From Adineta steineri (taxonomy: Eukaryota): DNA of 25,347 bases. Positions 1 through 9,990 of the stretch are shown here, in pieces. Position 1 is the stretch's first letter. Every line of letters begins with the position of its first letter. The position numbers were made by a program, and so were the translations under genes. The DNA lies in contig CAJNOE010000965.1 of NCBI GenBank assembly GCA_905250035.1, positions 6,145-31,491 of the forward strand, in the 5' to 3' direction. The notes beneath the pieces are model-generated. The model was not told the DNA's origin. It was given only the letters and a program-made list of their open reading frames with translations, and made no database searches.

Positions 1-23
1 TAAAGCCAAAACTAAATAGGACA

Positions 24-760
24 TTTTGTAGAGAATGAAATTCTGCATTGAGTAGCATGCCTGTCTGCATTTTTAAGAAACCTTTCATGGTTAGAAAAAT
101 CGAAATATGATTTTTGAAAAGTTTAAAACCCAGTTTTCGATGAGAAAATATGATTTTTTTACAAAATAAATGTCGGATTCGTAACCAGCGTTAAAAAGTG
201 CGTCTAGTAGCATGTGCAAATCTGTTTAACTCGAAAAAAATTTTTTCAAAACTTGATATACGAAGTGGCGCGTTACGTCGACAAATCGATATACTGTTTC
301 TCGTAACCATTCGTTTTATCGCAAAAGCTATAATGACATATGTAGAGAAGCTCTGGGTTGTTGCTGAGCCAAACAACGTATATTTCATTTGAAAAAAATT
401 AGATTTCTTCTAAATATAGGAATTATAGGAGGACTACGAAGCCTGTTCACAGCACTTTAAATATCTATACATTTTTCAATGTTTAGTTGAAAATGACTCT
501 TAAGGCAGAATTTGTTTTTTTAGAAACTATATAGGTTTGTAGAGCGTGAGATGGCGCAGTTTTTGATATAAAATTGGTTTATGTCTAATTCCATTTCCAC
601 GTGCAAAAAAACATCTTAGAAAAATATGGAAAATCACACACACTGCACATAGACAGTACTTTTGGGTAAATTTAATTCATTTTTAATGTTATATAACTGA
701 AAAAAATATTTTTGAGAAATATCAAAAATATGTGGTTTTGTAGAGCGTGAAAAACTGCAT
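24..760 (+). repeat. Diverged dispersed motif (TTTGTAGAGMRTGARAWnnYGCA), three copies at about 24-50, 535-560 and 735-760
   Basis: attttgtagagaatgaaattctgca, ggtttgtagagcgtgagatggcgcagttttt and ggttttgtagagcgtgaaaaactgcatcg are visibly related. Confidence 0.4.
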
Positions 761-1200
761 CGATCTACATTGTCAGTTTTGACATTGAGATCGAAATAGA
801 GAGAAAAAACATTTGTACTATAATTATCCGTATTTTCTCTAAAAATCTATGAAAGACTTATAGACGCCTAAGACAAAGTGGTTTTGAAAAAATTCTTTAA
901 TGTTTCATCAAAAGAAAAACTTAATATGCAGAAAGATGCAGAATTTAAAGTTCTTCCTTTCTACCATGTCGAAAGTGAGAATCGAGAGATGGCAGATTTA
1001 CGATAAAAGCTGGCGGTGTCCGCCATGATAAAAAACTACAATAAAATTTATCATTATATTACAATGTTTCGTAACAGTTACTATAGATCTTCTACTTCAA
1101 TTTGTTAATGTTCTTATGCGAACGATACCGACTCATTAGTCTGCTAAATAGTCAAAATATAAGCAAAAATTTATAAACTTCTTCGAAGTGGTGGATAAAT

Positions 1201-2232
1201 ATGAATACTAGCTTTTTTACAAAAATTTGGACATTAAGAACTTTAGTTTGCATTATGCTAATACTTCTTTTAATGTTGTGCGTTTCTTATCTTCCTACAT
1301 CCATTTTTTACAAAAACTTCAACAAGTCCGTTTCTCATAATACGGTAAAACAAGCACAGTCAGAGAAAAGAAATTCAACAAGTAATGACCGTCAAAATGA
1401 CACATTTCTCTCAGAGAAATGCTCACTGCCAGCATTGGTTAGTTCACAAGCAAAAAGACGTCTAGAAAAAGATAAAAACGCTATCTTTGTAGGCGGTGAT
1501 CGTGTCATAGATTTGGGCTATAATCACTTCGTTAGTGTCGACGACATATTATATGGTTATGATGTATTGTTTGAAAACGATTATCTATTTAGTGCTGGCT
1601 CATGGTTAGGAGCACAATTTCAGTCTAGTCCTCAAGATGCAATGGTGTTGCAACAACTGATTTGGGAAATCAAACCTGATTTGATAATTGATTTAGGCAC
1701 AAATGTTGGCGGTTCAGCGTTATTTTTTGCTTCGATCATGTCGTTCTATAGTGACACTGGAATTGTTCTTACTATTGACGTGAAATCATTTACGGAAAAT
1801 TGGGTACCCAATAACAGACTGATCTGTAAACATTGTGTCAATCCTTCGGATAACAAGTTATGGAAAAAATATGTTCAGTTTATTCAGGGATCCACAACCG
1901 ACTTGAACGTACTAGCCAAAGTTAAACAGTATGTCTCAAATTCCACAACTATCCTTGTCAGTCATGACGCTGCCCATGATGGACACACCGTTTATAAAGA
2001 TTTATTGAATTATGCTGAATTTGTCAGTGTTAATTCATATTTAGTAGTTCAGGATACAAAACTAGATCGACTTAAACATCCATTAAACGGTCCGTTAGCT
2101 GCTGTCAGAAGGTTTATACAATACCAAAGTGAAATGAAAGATCGTTTAAACTATACCTATAAAGTAGACAGATCAGCAGAAATATTCTACTATTCACAGC
2201 ATGCACATGGCTGGCTTAAACGAATTAAATAA
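1201..2232 (+). CDS. Type II membrane-anchored CmcI/cephalosporin-hydroxylase (rhamnosyl O-methyltransferase-like) family methyltransferase
   Basis: 343-aa ORF. N-terminal TM helix (TLVCIMLILLLMLCVSYL). Family-like motifs IKPDLIIDLGTNVGGSALFFASIM, VLTIDVKSF, TTILVSHDAAHDGHTVYKDLLNYAEFVSVNSYLVVQDTKLD, GPLAAVRRFI. Confidence 0.8.
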   Translation: MNTSFFTKIWTLRTLVCIMLILLLMLCVSYLPTSIFYKNFNKSVSHNTVKQAQSEKRNSTSNDRQNDTFLSEKCSLPALVSSQAKRRLEKDKNAIFVGGDRVIDLGYNHFVSVDDILYGYDVLFENDYLFSAGSWLGAQFQSSPQDAMVLQQLIWEIKPDLIIDLGTNVGGSALFFASIMSFYSDTGIVLTIDVKSFTENWVPNNRLICKHCVNPSDNKLWKKYVQFIQGSTTDLNVLAKVKQYVSNSTTILVSHDAAHDGHTVYKDLLNYAEFVSVNSYLVVQDTKLDRLKHPLNGPLAAVRRFIQYQSEMKDRLNYTYKVDRSAEIFYYSQHAHGWLKRIK

Positions 2233-2330
2233 CAGAAAACAAATCGTTCCAGTTATCCCCGTCCGTTACTCTTCGCTCATGTACTAGTTCGTAAGGGATA
2301 TAAAGCTGACACACATTTTAGACGAATTTC

Positions 2331-2401
2331 TTGAGGGAGTGGGTGTGGGTGTGACTATAGTTCACTTATATACCCACACCCTCACGCACACCCACCCTCA
2401 A
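2331..2401. repeat. Telomere-like foldback repeat A
   Basis: ttgagggagtgggtgtgggtgtgactatagttcacttatatacccacaccctcacgcacacccaccctcaaa: G-rich left arm, C-rich complementary right arm. Confidence 0.75.
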
Positions 2402-2600
2402 ACCATGAGATTTGTTTAAATATCTATTTTATCAAAAGGGATATATAGAGTAATATACTTGTATCTTTTCTTTTTTTCTTTTTTGACGCGATTCTCGATT
2501 TCAGACTATCATTATCAACCAGTTAACCAGGCACAGAGTGTGAGTGTCAGTGGCGATGCAGGTGTGGCCCGAGTTTCAATCCTCTTCATTCCTCGAAAAA

Positions 2601-2621
2601 TCCTGAAAGGATCTTTCAGGA
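2601..2621. repeat. Short near-perfect palindrome
   Basis: tcctgaaaggatctttcagga; arms TCCTGAAAG / CTTTCAGGA are perfectly complementary. Confidence 0.5.
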
Positions 2622-2683
2622 ATCTGAATAATCCTGTAAAGTTTTATGCAGCTCTTGTTTCGAACTCTATTAATTCCTATCTA

Positions 2684-2834
2684 CACTCTAAAAACAATTG
2701 GTCCTCTACTAAACCCCCAAAAAAGGTTTCGCCATTGCCAAAAAGTCTCTAAACATGCTCAAAGTTTGAAGACTTTTTCGCAATGGCGAAACCTTTGTTG
2801 GGGGTTCAGTAGAGCACCAATTGTTTTTAGAGTG
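2684..2834. mobile_element. 151-bp foldback MITE with TA target duplication
   Basis: Arms 2683-2748 and 2770-2835 are complementary at 62/66 positions around a 21-nt loop; flanked by TA at 2682-2683 and 2835-2836; termini CACTCTAAAAACAATTGG. Confidence 0.85.
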
Positions 2835-2840
2835 TACAGG

Positions 2841-3172
2841 AGGTTTGCCATCTAAACTTAGTATTTCTACTATATGATGTCCAAAGCCATTTAAGATAAC
2901 ATCTGGTATATCTTTTTTATATCCATTAATTGACAATATTACATCACAAGGTTCGTTTGGTTCAACAAGACTTGTATATGTCCAGTGCCATACATAAATA
3001 AAGCACCTAACTGCCCAGCAATAATCAGTAAAGTACGATTTAGAAAGCTATTATTGTAACTTTGGGCAGCTAACACCAATTTATTAGAATAGGAATCATC
3101 AGGTCTTAGTTTCTCACTGATGTATGCTTTTTTGTTATTGGTGTTGCTCAGTATAAAAACAAGGGGCAACAC
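2841..3172 (-). pseudogene. Degraded coding fragment of unknown family
   Basis: Frame 1 gives SYSNKLVLAAQSYNNSFLNRTLL. A second frame gives YFTDYCWAVRCFIYVWHWTYTSLVEPNEPCDVILSINGYKKDIPDVILNGFGHHIVEILSLDGKP. The fragment is bounded by the MITE on one side and foldback B on the other. Confidence 0.35.
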
Positions 3173-3175
3173 ATC

Positions 3176-3257
3176 TTGAGGGTGTGGCTGTAGGGTGGGT
3201 GTGACTATAGTTCACTTATACACCCACACCAACCCACCCACACCCTCACCCACACTC
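3176..3257. repeat. Telomere-like foldback repeat B
   Basis: cttgagggtgtggctgtagggtgggtgtgactatagttcacttatacacccacaccaacccacccacaccctcacccacact; same spacer as repeat A. Confidence 0.75.
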
Positions 3258-3878
3258 TAAATTTAAGCATATTTACACGTATTCCACTGTAATCTTAAAG
3301 ATGTTGGTGAAGTGTACGGAAGTGACTGTAGATTATTCGAACAGATACGCTGACATCCACATCCACCCTCCAATTATCTTTTTGCCTATTTTTTCTTATT
3401 AAAATACGTATTTGTGTGGAAATAATGTAAGTATTTTATTTTCCTCATCAACATCCTCATTCTCATTAGTGCGTATATCTGATATGATTATAGACATAAT
3501 TATCTATGCCATTCATGAACTTACTTCGAAGTCTTTCTGTAATCAAAAAGTTTCGATAATTATACGTTCCAAATCAGATGAATACTATCAAAATAACTAA
3601 ATATTACGAAAAATTACACGATAAATTAACGGAGCATTTGAAAGGATAATTAAAGGTATCGTATCAGTTATAGCTTTTGTTAATCCTAATAAATCGATCT
3701 GCAAGAATGAAAAAACAAAAATATTCTTTTTTATTTGATATCGAAAAAAAATTATTAAAGTGTGATAATTCAGTAAAAATATGGAAGGAAATTGTTCGCA
3801 GACATCACAAAATTAGAATTTTTCTAATTAAAGTTTTGTTTGCAAGTTGGATTACTTGCAAGAAAAAGAATAAAATAA

Positions 3879-5880
3879 TTAATATAATTCTGCACTGTTT
3901 AAATAATTCAAATTATCAATGCGTCCACCAGTAACTAACACTTTTCCATTTGATAATACAGATGCTGTGTGATACTCTCGTGCATTATTCATATTGCCAG
4001 TAGTTGTCCACGTGCCTGTTGATGCATCATACAATTCAGAACTATTTAAAATATCAAAAATATGTGATCCACCAGTAACTATTACTTTTCCATTTGATAG
4101 TATAGATGCTGTATGATATTCTCGTTTATTAATCATGTCACCGGTAGTTGTCCAAGCACCTGTTGATAGATCATATAATTCAGCACTATTTAAAATGCCA
4201 AAAATATATGATCCACCAGTAACTAATACTTTACCATTTGATAATACAGATGCTGTGTGAAGCCCTCGTGCATCAGTCATGTTACCAGTAATTGTCCACG
4301 TACCTGTGGATGGATCATACAGTTTAGCACTATTTAAAAAAATATCATTCCATCCACCAGTAACTAATACTAGTCCATTTGATAATACAGATGCGGTGTG
4401 CTGATATCGTGCATTAGTCATATTAGCAGTAGTTGTCCAAGTATCTGTTGATGGATCATACAACTCAGCACTATTTAGAAAACTAACAGAATCAAATCCA
4501 CCAGTAATTAATACTTTTCCATTTGATAATACCGATGCTGTGTGATAATATCGTCCATAAGTCATGTTACTAGTAGTTGTCCAAGTGCCTGTGGATGAAT
4601 CATACAGCTCAGCACTATTTAAACAACCATTAAAACCATATCCACCAGTAATTAATACTTTTTCATTTAATAATACAGATGCTGTGTGATAGTCTCGTGC
4701 ATTAATCATATTGCCAGTAGAAAACCAACCTAGAAGTTACATTTTATATATTTATACTATACAACATTAAATAATCAAACAATCAACATTCATTATTCTG
4801 AAAATGACAATCTTTGATGCCTGTTTTATATCATCTCAAACTTATATAGACTGAGAATGGTAGTCAAATATATTGCACAAAATCTCTTTACATGTCATTA
4901 TGACATCTTCAGTTTTCTTTATTTTCTATTACTTACTAGCAGCTGTACTCGATTGACTGGTTGTATTGTTCAAATTAACTGAAAAGCAAAAGAAAAAAAA
5001 CAATGAGCTAGAGTCAGTGGCAAGGATACCACATATTATACCGGTTGATGTTGATGTTGTTGCCGATATTTTAGTGGTAGTCATCGTCTTTTGAGCTGTT
5101 GCTATAGCTGAATAAAAAAGGGTAAGTTAGCCACAAAATAAACACATTTCAAAAAGAAAATATAATGAAATCATGCTTACTCCTTGTTACAGATTTAGTT
5201 GTGCTTTTTGTACGTACTATTAAAACATAGAAATAATTCATTCTGGATCAACTATTTCCTTTTCTTCGAATTGTTTTCATATTTGCAAGACAAAATGCCT
5301 TACCTGTAGTTGTTGTTCGTAACGTTGTAGCTGTTTTAGAGGAAAAAACAGATAAAACTAAAACAGTGATTAGAAATCTTTTTCACTTGTAGAAGTCTTT
5401 GCTGGACAAATTTGTTTGTTTGCTATAGTTAATGGATAGCATATTGGTTGACCACATCGTGTACTGTTCACACACATTGCACTCTCGATTGAACAAGTTA
5501 CATTGTTCATATTGCATCGTACAACACTTGCACAGGAGAAAATAGTTGAAGCACATATTCCTATATGCGAATTGGATGTTAATGAAAAACAATCGGAGTC
5601 AAGATTCGATGAACATGATATTCGTTGATAACTACATGCAGTTAAGTTACATGTTGCTATTGTTCAGTTAACTAAGAAATAAACAATAAGAAAATAGAAA
5701 AAATCATAGCCATTATTATTAAATACTTAGTTGTTGTTGTTGTTGTTGTTGTTCTGATTTATTTATATCGCTGAAGATGAAGAAAATAGTAGATAAAATG
5801 TAGAACTTGATAATTAATACTTACACTAAAAGTAGCACATAGAATAAAAATATAAAGCTTGAACTCAAAATTTTCGCCAT
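3879..5880 (-). CDS. Multi-exon secreted or surface protein: signal peptide, short polyQ, Cys-rich domain, Thr/Ser-rich linker, about 6 kelch repeats
   Basis: Proposed exons (minus): 5880-5825, 5770-5727, 5656-5387, 5330-5304, 5216-5181, 5107-5042, 4976-4935, 4729-3879. All use GT-AG junctions and all introns are phase 1; total 1392 nt = 463 aa + stop. Start MAKILSSSFIFLFYVLLLV. Cys-rich exon CNLTACSYQRISCSSNLDSDCFSLTSNSHIGICASTIFSCASVVRCNMNNVTCSIESAMCVNSTRCGQPICYP. Kelch units of the type NARYYHTASVLSNGKVLITGG...LNSAELYDPSTDTWTTTANMT. Confidence 0.8.
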
Positions 5881-6390
5881 TGTGGGATACAACCGCCGCG
5901 TATGAATTATTAAGTAGAGATTATTCTTCTTCTAATACTTTTCGTTACATTTGTTATATAAGCGTTGTGAAATAAACAAACGAGAGCCGACCAACTCTAT
6001 AGTTACCAACTAAAATACTTCCTTTCTTTTAGTGTGTATAGTCATCGACTGAAATTTCAAGTGTGTTTGTGAAGAGAAAAAAATCTTCGAAAATCACAAC
6101 TTTATGCAATTACATATTTAATGGATGAAAAAAGGAAAGAAAAGGAGAAAAAATAAACCATTGCTACTTTCTTGCTAATAAGACAAAAACATTGATGCTG
6201 GCAGTTACTTTTAATAAAAAGCTTTGGGTAAGGAGAAAATTGTAAAGCTCGAAATTTCCAATTTATATTTATTTATTGATGTGGTATGAGTCGAGCTAAT
6301 GAAATCATTTAGTCTACATTCGCTGACCGAAATTCGCCGAAAACGAAATATACGGAATCAATTTTCGTCGAATAGATTTATGTAGAAAAG

Positions 6391-6445
6391 CTGGGTGTGG
6401 CTGTGGGTGTTCTATATCAAATATTCCCACACCCAGACCCTCGAG
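6391..6445. repeat. Telomere-like foldback repeat C
   Basis: ctgggtgtggctgtgggtgttctatatcaaatattcccacacccagaccctcgag. Confidence 0.65.
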
Positions 6446-6447
6446 TA

Positions 6448-6736
6448 TTTTTTGTCCGGATTGGCCTAAAAAATTGTGCTAGATCTAGAAATGGTTGTGT
6501 TAGATGCAGAATTTAATTCTCTATCGACTGATGTTATTTTAGCAGGGAGACATCGGGATAAAGATATCGGTACACCCACTCACCCTTACCCGCACCCTTA
6601 TCATCACCATTACCCAAACCCGCATCCCCGATGACCCACCTCTAAAATAACATCATTCGATAGAGAATCAAATTCTACAATTAACACAACCACTTCTAGA
6701 TTCAGCACAAATTTTTAGGTGAATTTGGATAAAAAA
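6448..6736. mobile_element. 289-bp TA-flanked foldback MITE with CCCACT/CCCTTA-rich loop
   Basis: Arms of about 112 bp (6448-6559 and 6625-6736), e.g. ttgtgctagatctagaaatggttgtgtta... versus reverse complement of ...taacacaaccacttctagattcagcacaa; flanked by TA at 6446-6447 and 6737-6738. Confidence 0.75.
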
Positions 6737-6783
6737 TACTTGATTATGGTGCTAACTTTACTTATTTAAAATATATCAAAAAA

Positions 6784-6828
6784 CAAGTAACGCTCGTCAA
6801 CAGACTCGCTCAGCTCTTTCTCGTAGAA
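6784..6828 (-). repeat. 44-nt shared motif, copy 1 (inverted relative to 11987-12030)
   Basis: Reverse complement ctacgagaaagagctgagcgagtctgttgacgagcgttacttgt; about 39/44 identical to copy 2. Confidence 0.65.
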
Positions 6829-7030
6829 GGAGTGCTTTCAGATGTCACGATTTTAATGCGTTATTGTGTGTATAAGTTTATTTTCAACATAAATAAGATA
6901 TTTTTACATAAGCAGCAGCAGATATTTATACCAAATATTAGATATGGAATCATATATTCTAAATAAGTATCAATACAATTGTGAAGTTTATGCGTGATTA
7001 CATAAAAAACAAAGCTAAAAAACACGATAG

Positions 7031-7085
7031 GCGGGGTGTGTGTACTAGATGAATACAATATTCATAACTCCACCCACACCCATAG
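7031..7085. repeat. Telomere-like foldback repeat E (short, diverged)
   Basis: gcggggtgtgtgtactagatgaatacaatattcataactccacccacacccatag. Confidence 0.5.
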
Positions 7086-8044
7086 ATGGAATCGATCCGA
7101 TTTTTTGACGACCGAACCGGCCGGTTCCATCTCTGCTAAAAATCTTTGATACGTTTATTACAACTGAGTTATTAATACGAAAGCTACATATATTTTAGAA
7201 GAGAAAATTTCGGCGCATCATTCCATGTAAAAAAATTAGTATTGATTTTTTTGAAAAACTGGGCTTTGTGACGGAGGAAATCTCCTTAACTCATTCATCT
7301 TGAAAAAAATTTCAGAATTGAAATGTTTTGATAACAACATTTAAAAAAGTTTAGTCGTCACTGAAAACAAAAAATGGCTTGTTTCTCGCAGTTATTGTTG
7401 AACATTTAAAAGAAATAAAAATTATCAGATGCTGCTGACGATCAATTCATCGGTTCACATCTCTAACTGTACTCTTATTTTACTTACAAAATATTTAGTT
7501 ACTGTTGTACATAGATGGTTGTAACGGAAAGTAGAAAATGGATAAGCTATTTCCTTGAGGATGTGAGTGTCGATGAGGAGTTATCAAAAAGAAAAGATCC
7601 ATATCTGCACACACACTCACATTCATTCACGTCTATATCTTCATCCTTATGCGCACGCCTAGCAAATTTTTAGTATCTCAAAAATTTTATAAGTTGATTA
7701 GGTATGCCTATTTCACGATGCAATATTTATAATAAAAGCGATACATTTATATTGTGTATATCAAGAAGTTCATCCAAGCGGATTTATAACGGAAAAACCC
7801 ACTCGTGCATACATGGTCAAAGAAGAAGCAAAGAACACGCTTTCTAATACCCCTCAATCATCATAACTTTTCAATTTATCCCTTCTCGATATATCTTTAC
7901 CAAGCCAGTATATCCATGTAAACTGCGTTTTGACCATAGCCGCTCTACTGTCTGTTCATCGAGAAACCATTGACACTTACATACGTATTGTTAACAAGTC
8001 CTACTCTAGTTATGCACGGTGATGCTATAGAAAAGATAAGTACA

Positions 8045-8269
8045 TCATACAATAATGTCATGAATATTGGTAACACGATTATGGAAAGCAGCGAATAGTG
8101 GATGTACAATAACAGCATAAAATAGCAAAATAGAAGCAACAACAGCAGCACCAACAACACCGAAATATAAATAAATAATAAGACGCAAAAGGATATCGTA
8201 AAAATAAAAAGCAGCCAGTAGAACAGTGGCAACAGCGACTGCTATCCCAATACTGACACGTATAGACAT
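8045..8269 (-). CDS. Hypothetical hydrophobic (2-TM) ORF or exon
   Basis: MSIRVSIGIAVAVATVLLAAFYFYDILLRLIIYLYFGVVGAAVVASILLFYAVIVHPLF; short, GCA/CAA-rich low complexity, competing overlapping ORFs on the same strand. Confidence 0.2.
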   Translation of the reverse strand: MSIRVSIGIAVAVATVLLAAFYFYDILLRLIIYLYFGVVGAAVVASILLFYAVIVHPLFAAFHNRVTNIHDIIV

Positions 8270-8708
8270 AAGTCAAATCCGAACCGTCTGGAGTGGATGA
8301 GTTTGGGTTTAAGTCTCGAGCTTGGATTTGAGTTTTTCAATAGAGTCCTTTGTTTACTTTCATATAGAACTGATTGTAACGGAAAATAGAATAAATCAAA
8401 TATATAATGAATATGAATCTTTTATTGAATAAATAAAAGGAAAATACGACGATAATATAATAATAATAAATAAAATAAAATAATGATTCCTGTTGCTTCT
8501 TTACTGAGCTTGAGGTTCAGACTCTATTCCGTCTTCGAGTCTTCCAATACAATTCAGAACAATTTTTTGTTCACCATGTTGAGTCCAACCTTCGTCTCCA
8601 GCGCACGTGTTAAGACTGAGTATATTATAAAAAGTAGAATACGACAAGAAAGAGAAAAGAAACAGAACAAGCGAAAGATACAGAACAAGAGAAAGATAAA
8701 TGTGATAA

Positions 8709-8721
8709 GGGGGGGGGGGGG
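8709..8721 (+). repeat. Poly-G run (about 13 nt)
   Basis: gataagggggggggggggtatatt. Confidence 0.8.
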
Positions 8722-9150
8722 TATATTTGAGAGGATGTCCACCTATTCTCTTTGCACATCTTCCCCTTTAATAATTGAGACGCGCTCCCGAGCGTCTGTA
8801 TAGCATAAAGTATATGAAAACAGAATGAGAAAGAGCACACTGTACATATTTCAGGGACAAAACGAACGCGAGAGCAAAAAAAAACTCAACATAAAATAAA
8901 ATAAAGTAAAATAAAAAGGAAAGGAAAGAAAAGAAAAGAAAACGCGAGGACATATGAAGCAAAACAAATGATATGAATAAATCATAAGTATACTGATGCG
9001 TGTGGAGATGAATGAAAAAGAAATGGATATATATGAATATAGTAAGAAAAAGTACATGTTGCGACAAATTAATGTTCAATTACTGACTAACGTCATCACA
9101 TAAATTATTAGGTAGTCGTGGATTTAAGTGATGAAACTGTCATCCACTCC

Positions 9151-9360
9151 AGTTATCCTTGTCTTTGATAGTTGTCCTCATCAACGTTTGTATATAATAA
9201 ATTTATCCTTCTGTTCAACTGTCGTCCTTATCAACGTTTGAATATAATAATTTTATCCTTCTGTTCAATTGTCGCCCTTATCAATGTTTGTATATAATAC
9301 TTTTATCCTTGCCTTTAATCGTCGCCCTTATGTTAATTTCTTCTGAATAAATTTATCCTC
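9151..9360 (+). repeat. 50-bp tandem repeat, about 4.2 copies
   Basis: TTATCCTT recurs at 9153, 9203, 9253, 9303 and (as TTATCCTC) 9353; units like ttttatccttctgttcaattgtcgcccttatcaatgtttgtatataata. Confidence 0.85.
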
Positions 9361-9990
9361 ATCGTTGATGTGTGCAGTTGAATTCTGTTTAATTAATATA
9401 TTTCAATTTGTAAAAATTCATATTCATTCGTAATAGTATATTGTAACTCGTGCAACTTCATAAGAATTCATCATATATAAGAATCAAAATATTTATAATA
9501 TTTATACCATATATATCCTTCTTTAATAATTCATCGGATTTAATAGAGATTCATAAGGATTTTCGTAGAACTAGCTAAAGTTCCTATAAATTCATAATAA
9601 TATATGTTCCAGCACCATTACTTATGTTTAGCCAAACGTGTACCGCTAAATTCAAAACAAATATCCGTACCAATCCAAGGGCCTAAAATCCAAATATTGT
9701 GTTTGAAATTAAGTCATATTTTAAAGTATTACGTAGAATAAAAGTGATTCGAGATCCCGAAGTATTTTAATTGTTTTAACATTGGGTAACGACTTTGTAA
9801 ACCATTGTTTCTGATTCGTATGACGTCGACAAAGCCTTAATTTAGGCGTGTATCGTACATTTGTTATTTCTGGTGGTTCTAAGTGAGTTTATTGCTGCTC
9901 ATTCACTAATGGACCAGCACGTAAAAGCTGTGATGATGTTTCGGCATTTTGAGATTTTTTTCCAGCGGGTGTGGGTTGATGTACATCTAG

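Noticed and set aside
2459-2855. ORFs 2459-2752 (+), 2646-2855 (+) and the 3' end of 2709-2936 (-)
   Set aside because: They largely arise from the foldback MITE and low-complexity T-rich DNA.
7945-8276. Possible signal-peptide-peptidase-like TM fragment (FYFYD resemblance)
   Set aside because: The resemblance is only to a generic hydrophobic pattern; no catalytic YD/GxGD motif and no supporting neighbouring exons found.
8483-9079. Overlapping ORFs rich in F/L/S or R/K
   Set aside because: They lie in purine/pyrimidine-skewed low-complexity sequence with no recognisable domain.
9151-9360. Possible CRISPR array from regular 50-bp spacing
   Set aside because: Units are continuous diverged tandem repeats with no distinct repeat/spacer division, and the context is eukaryotic.
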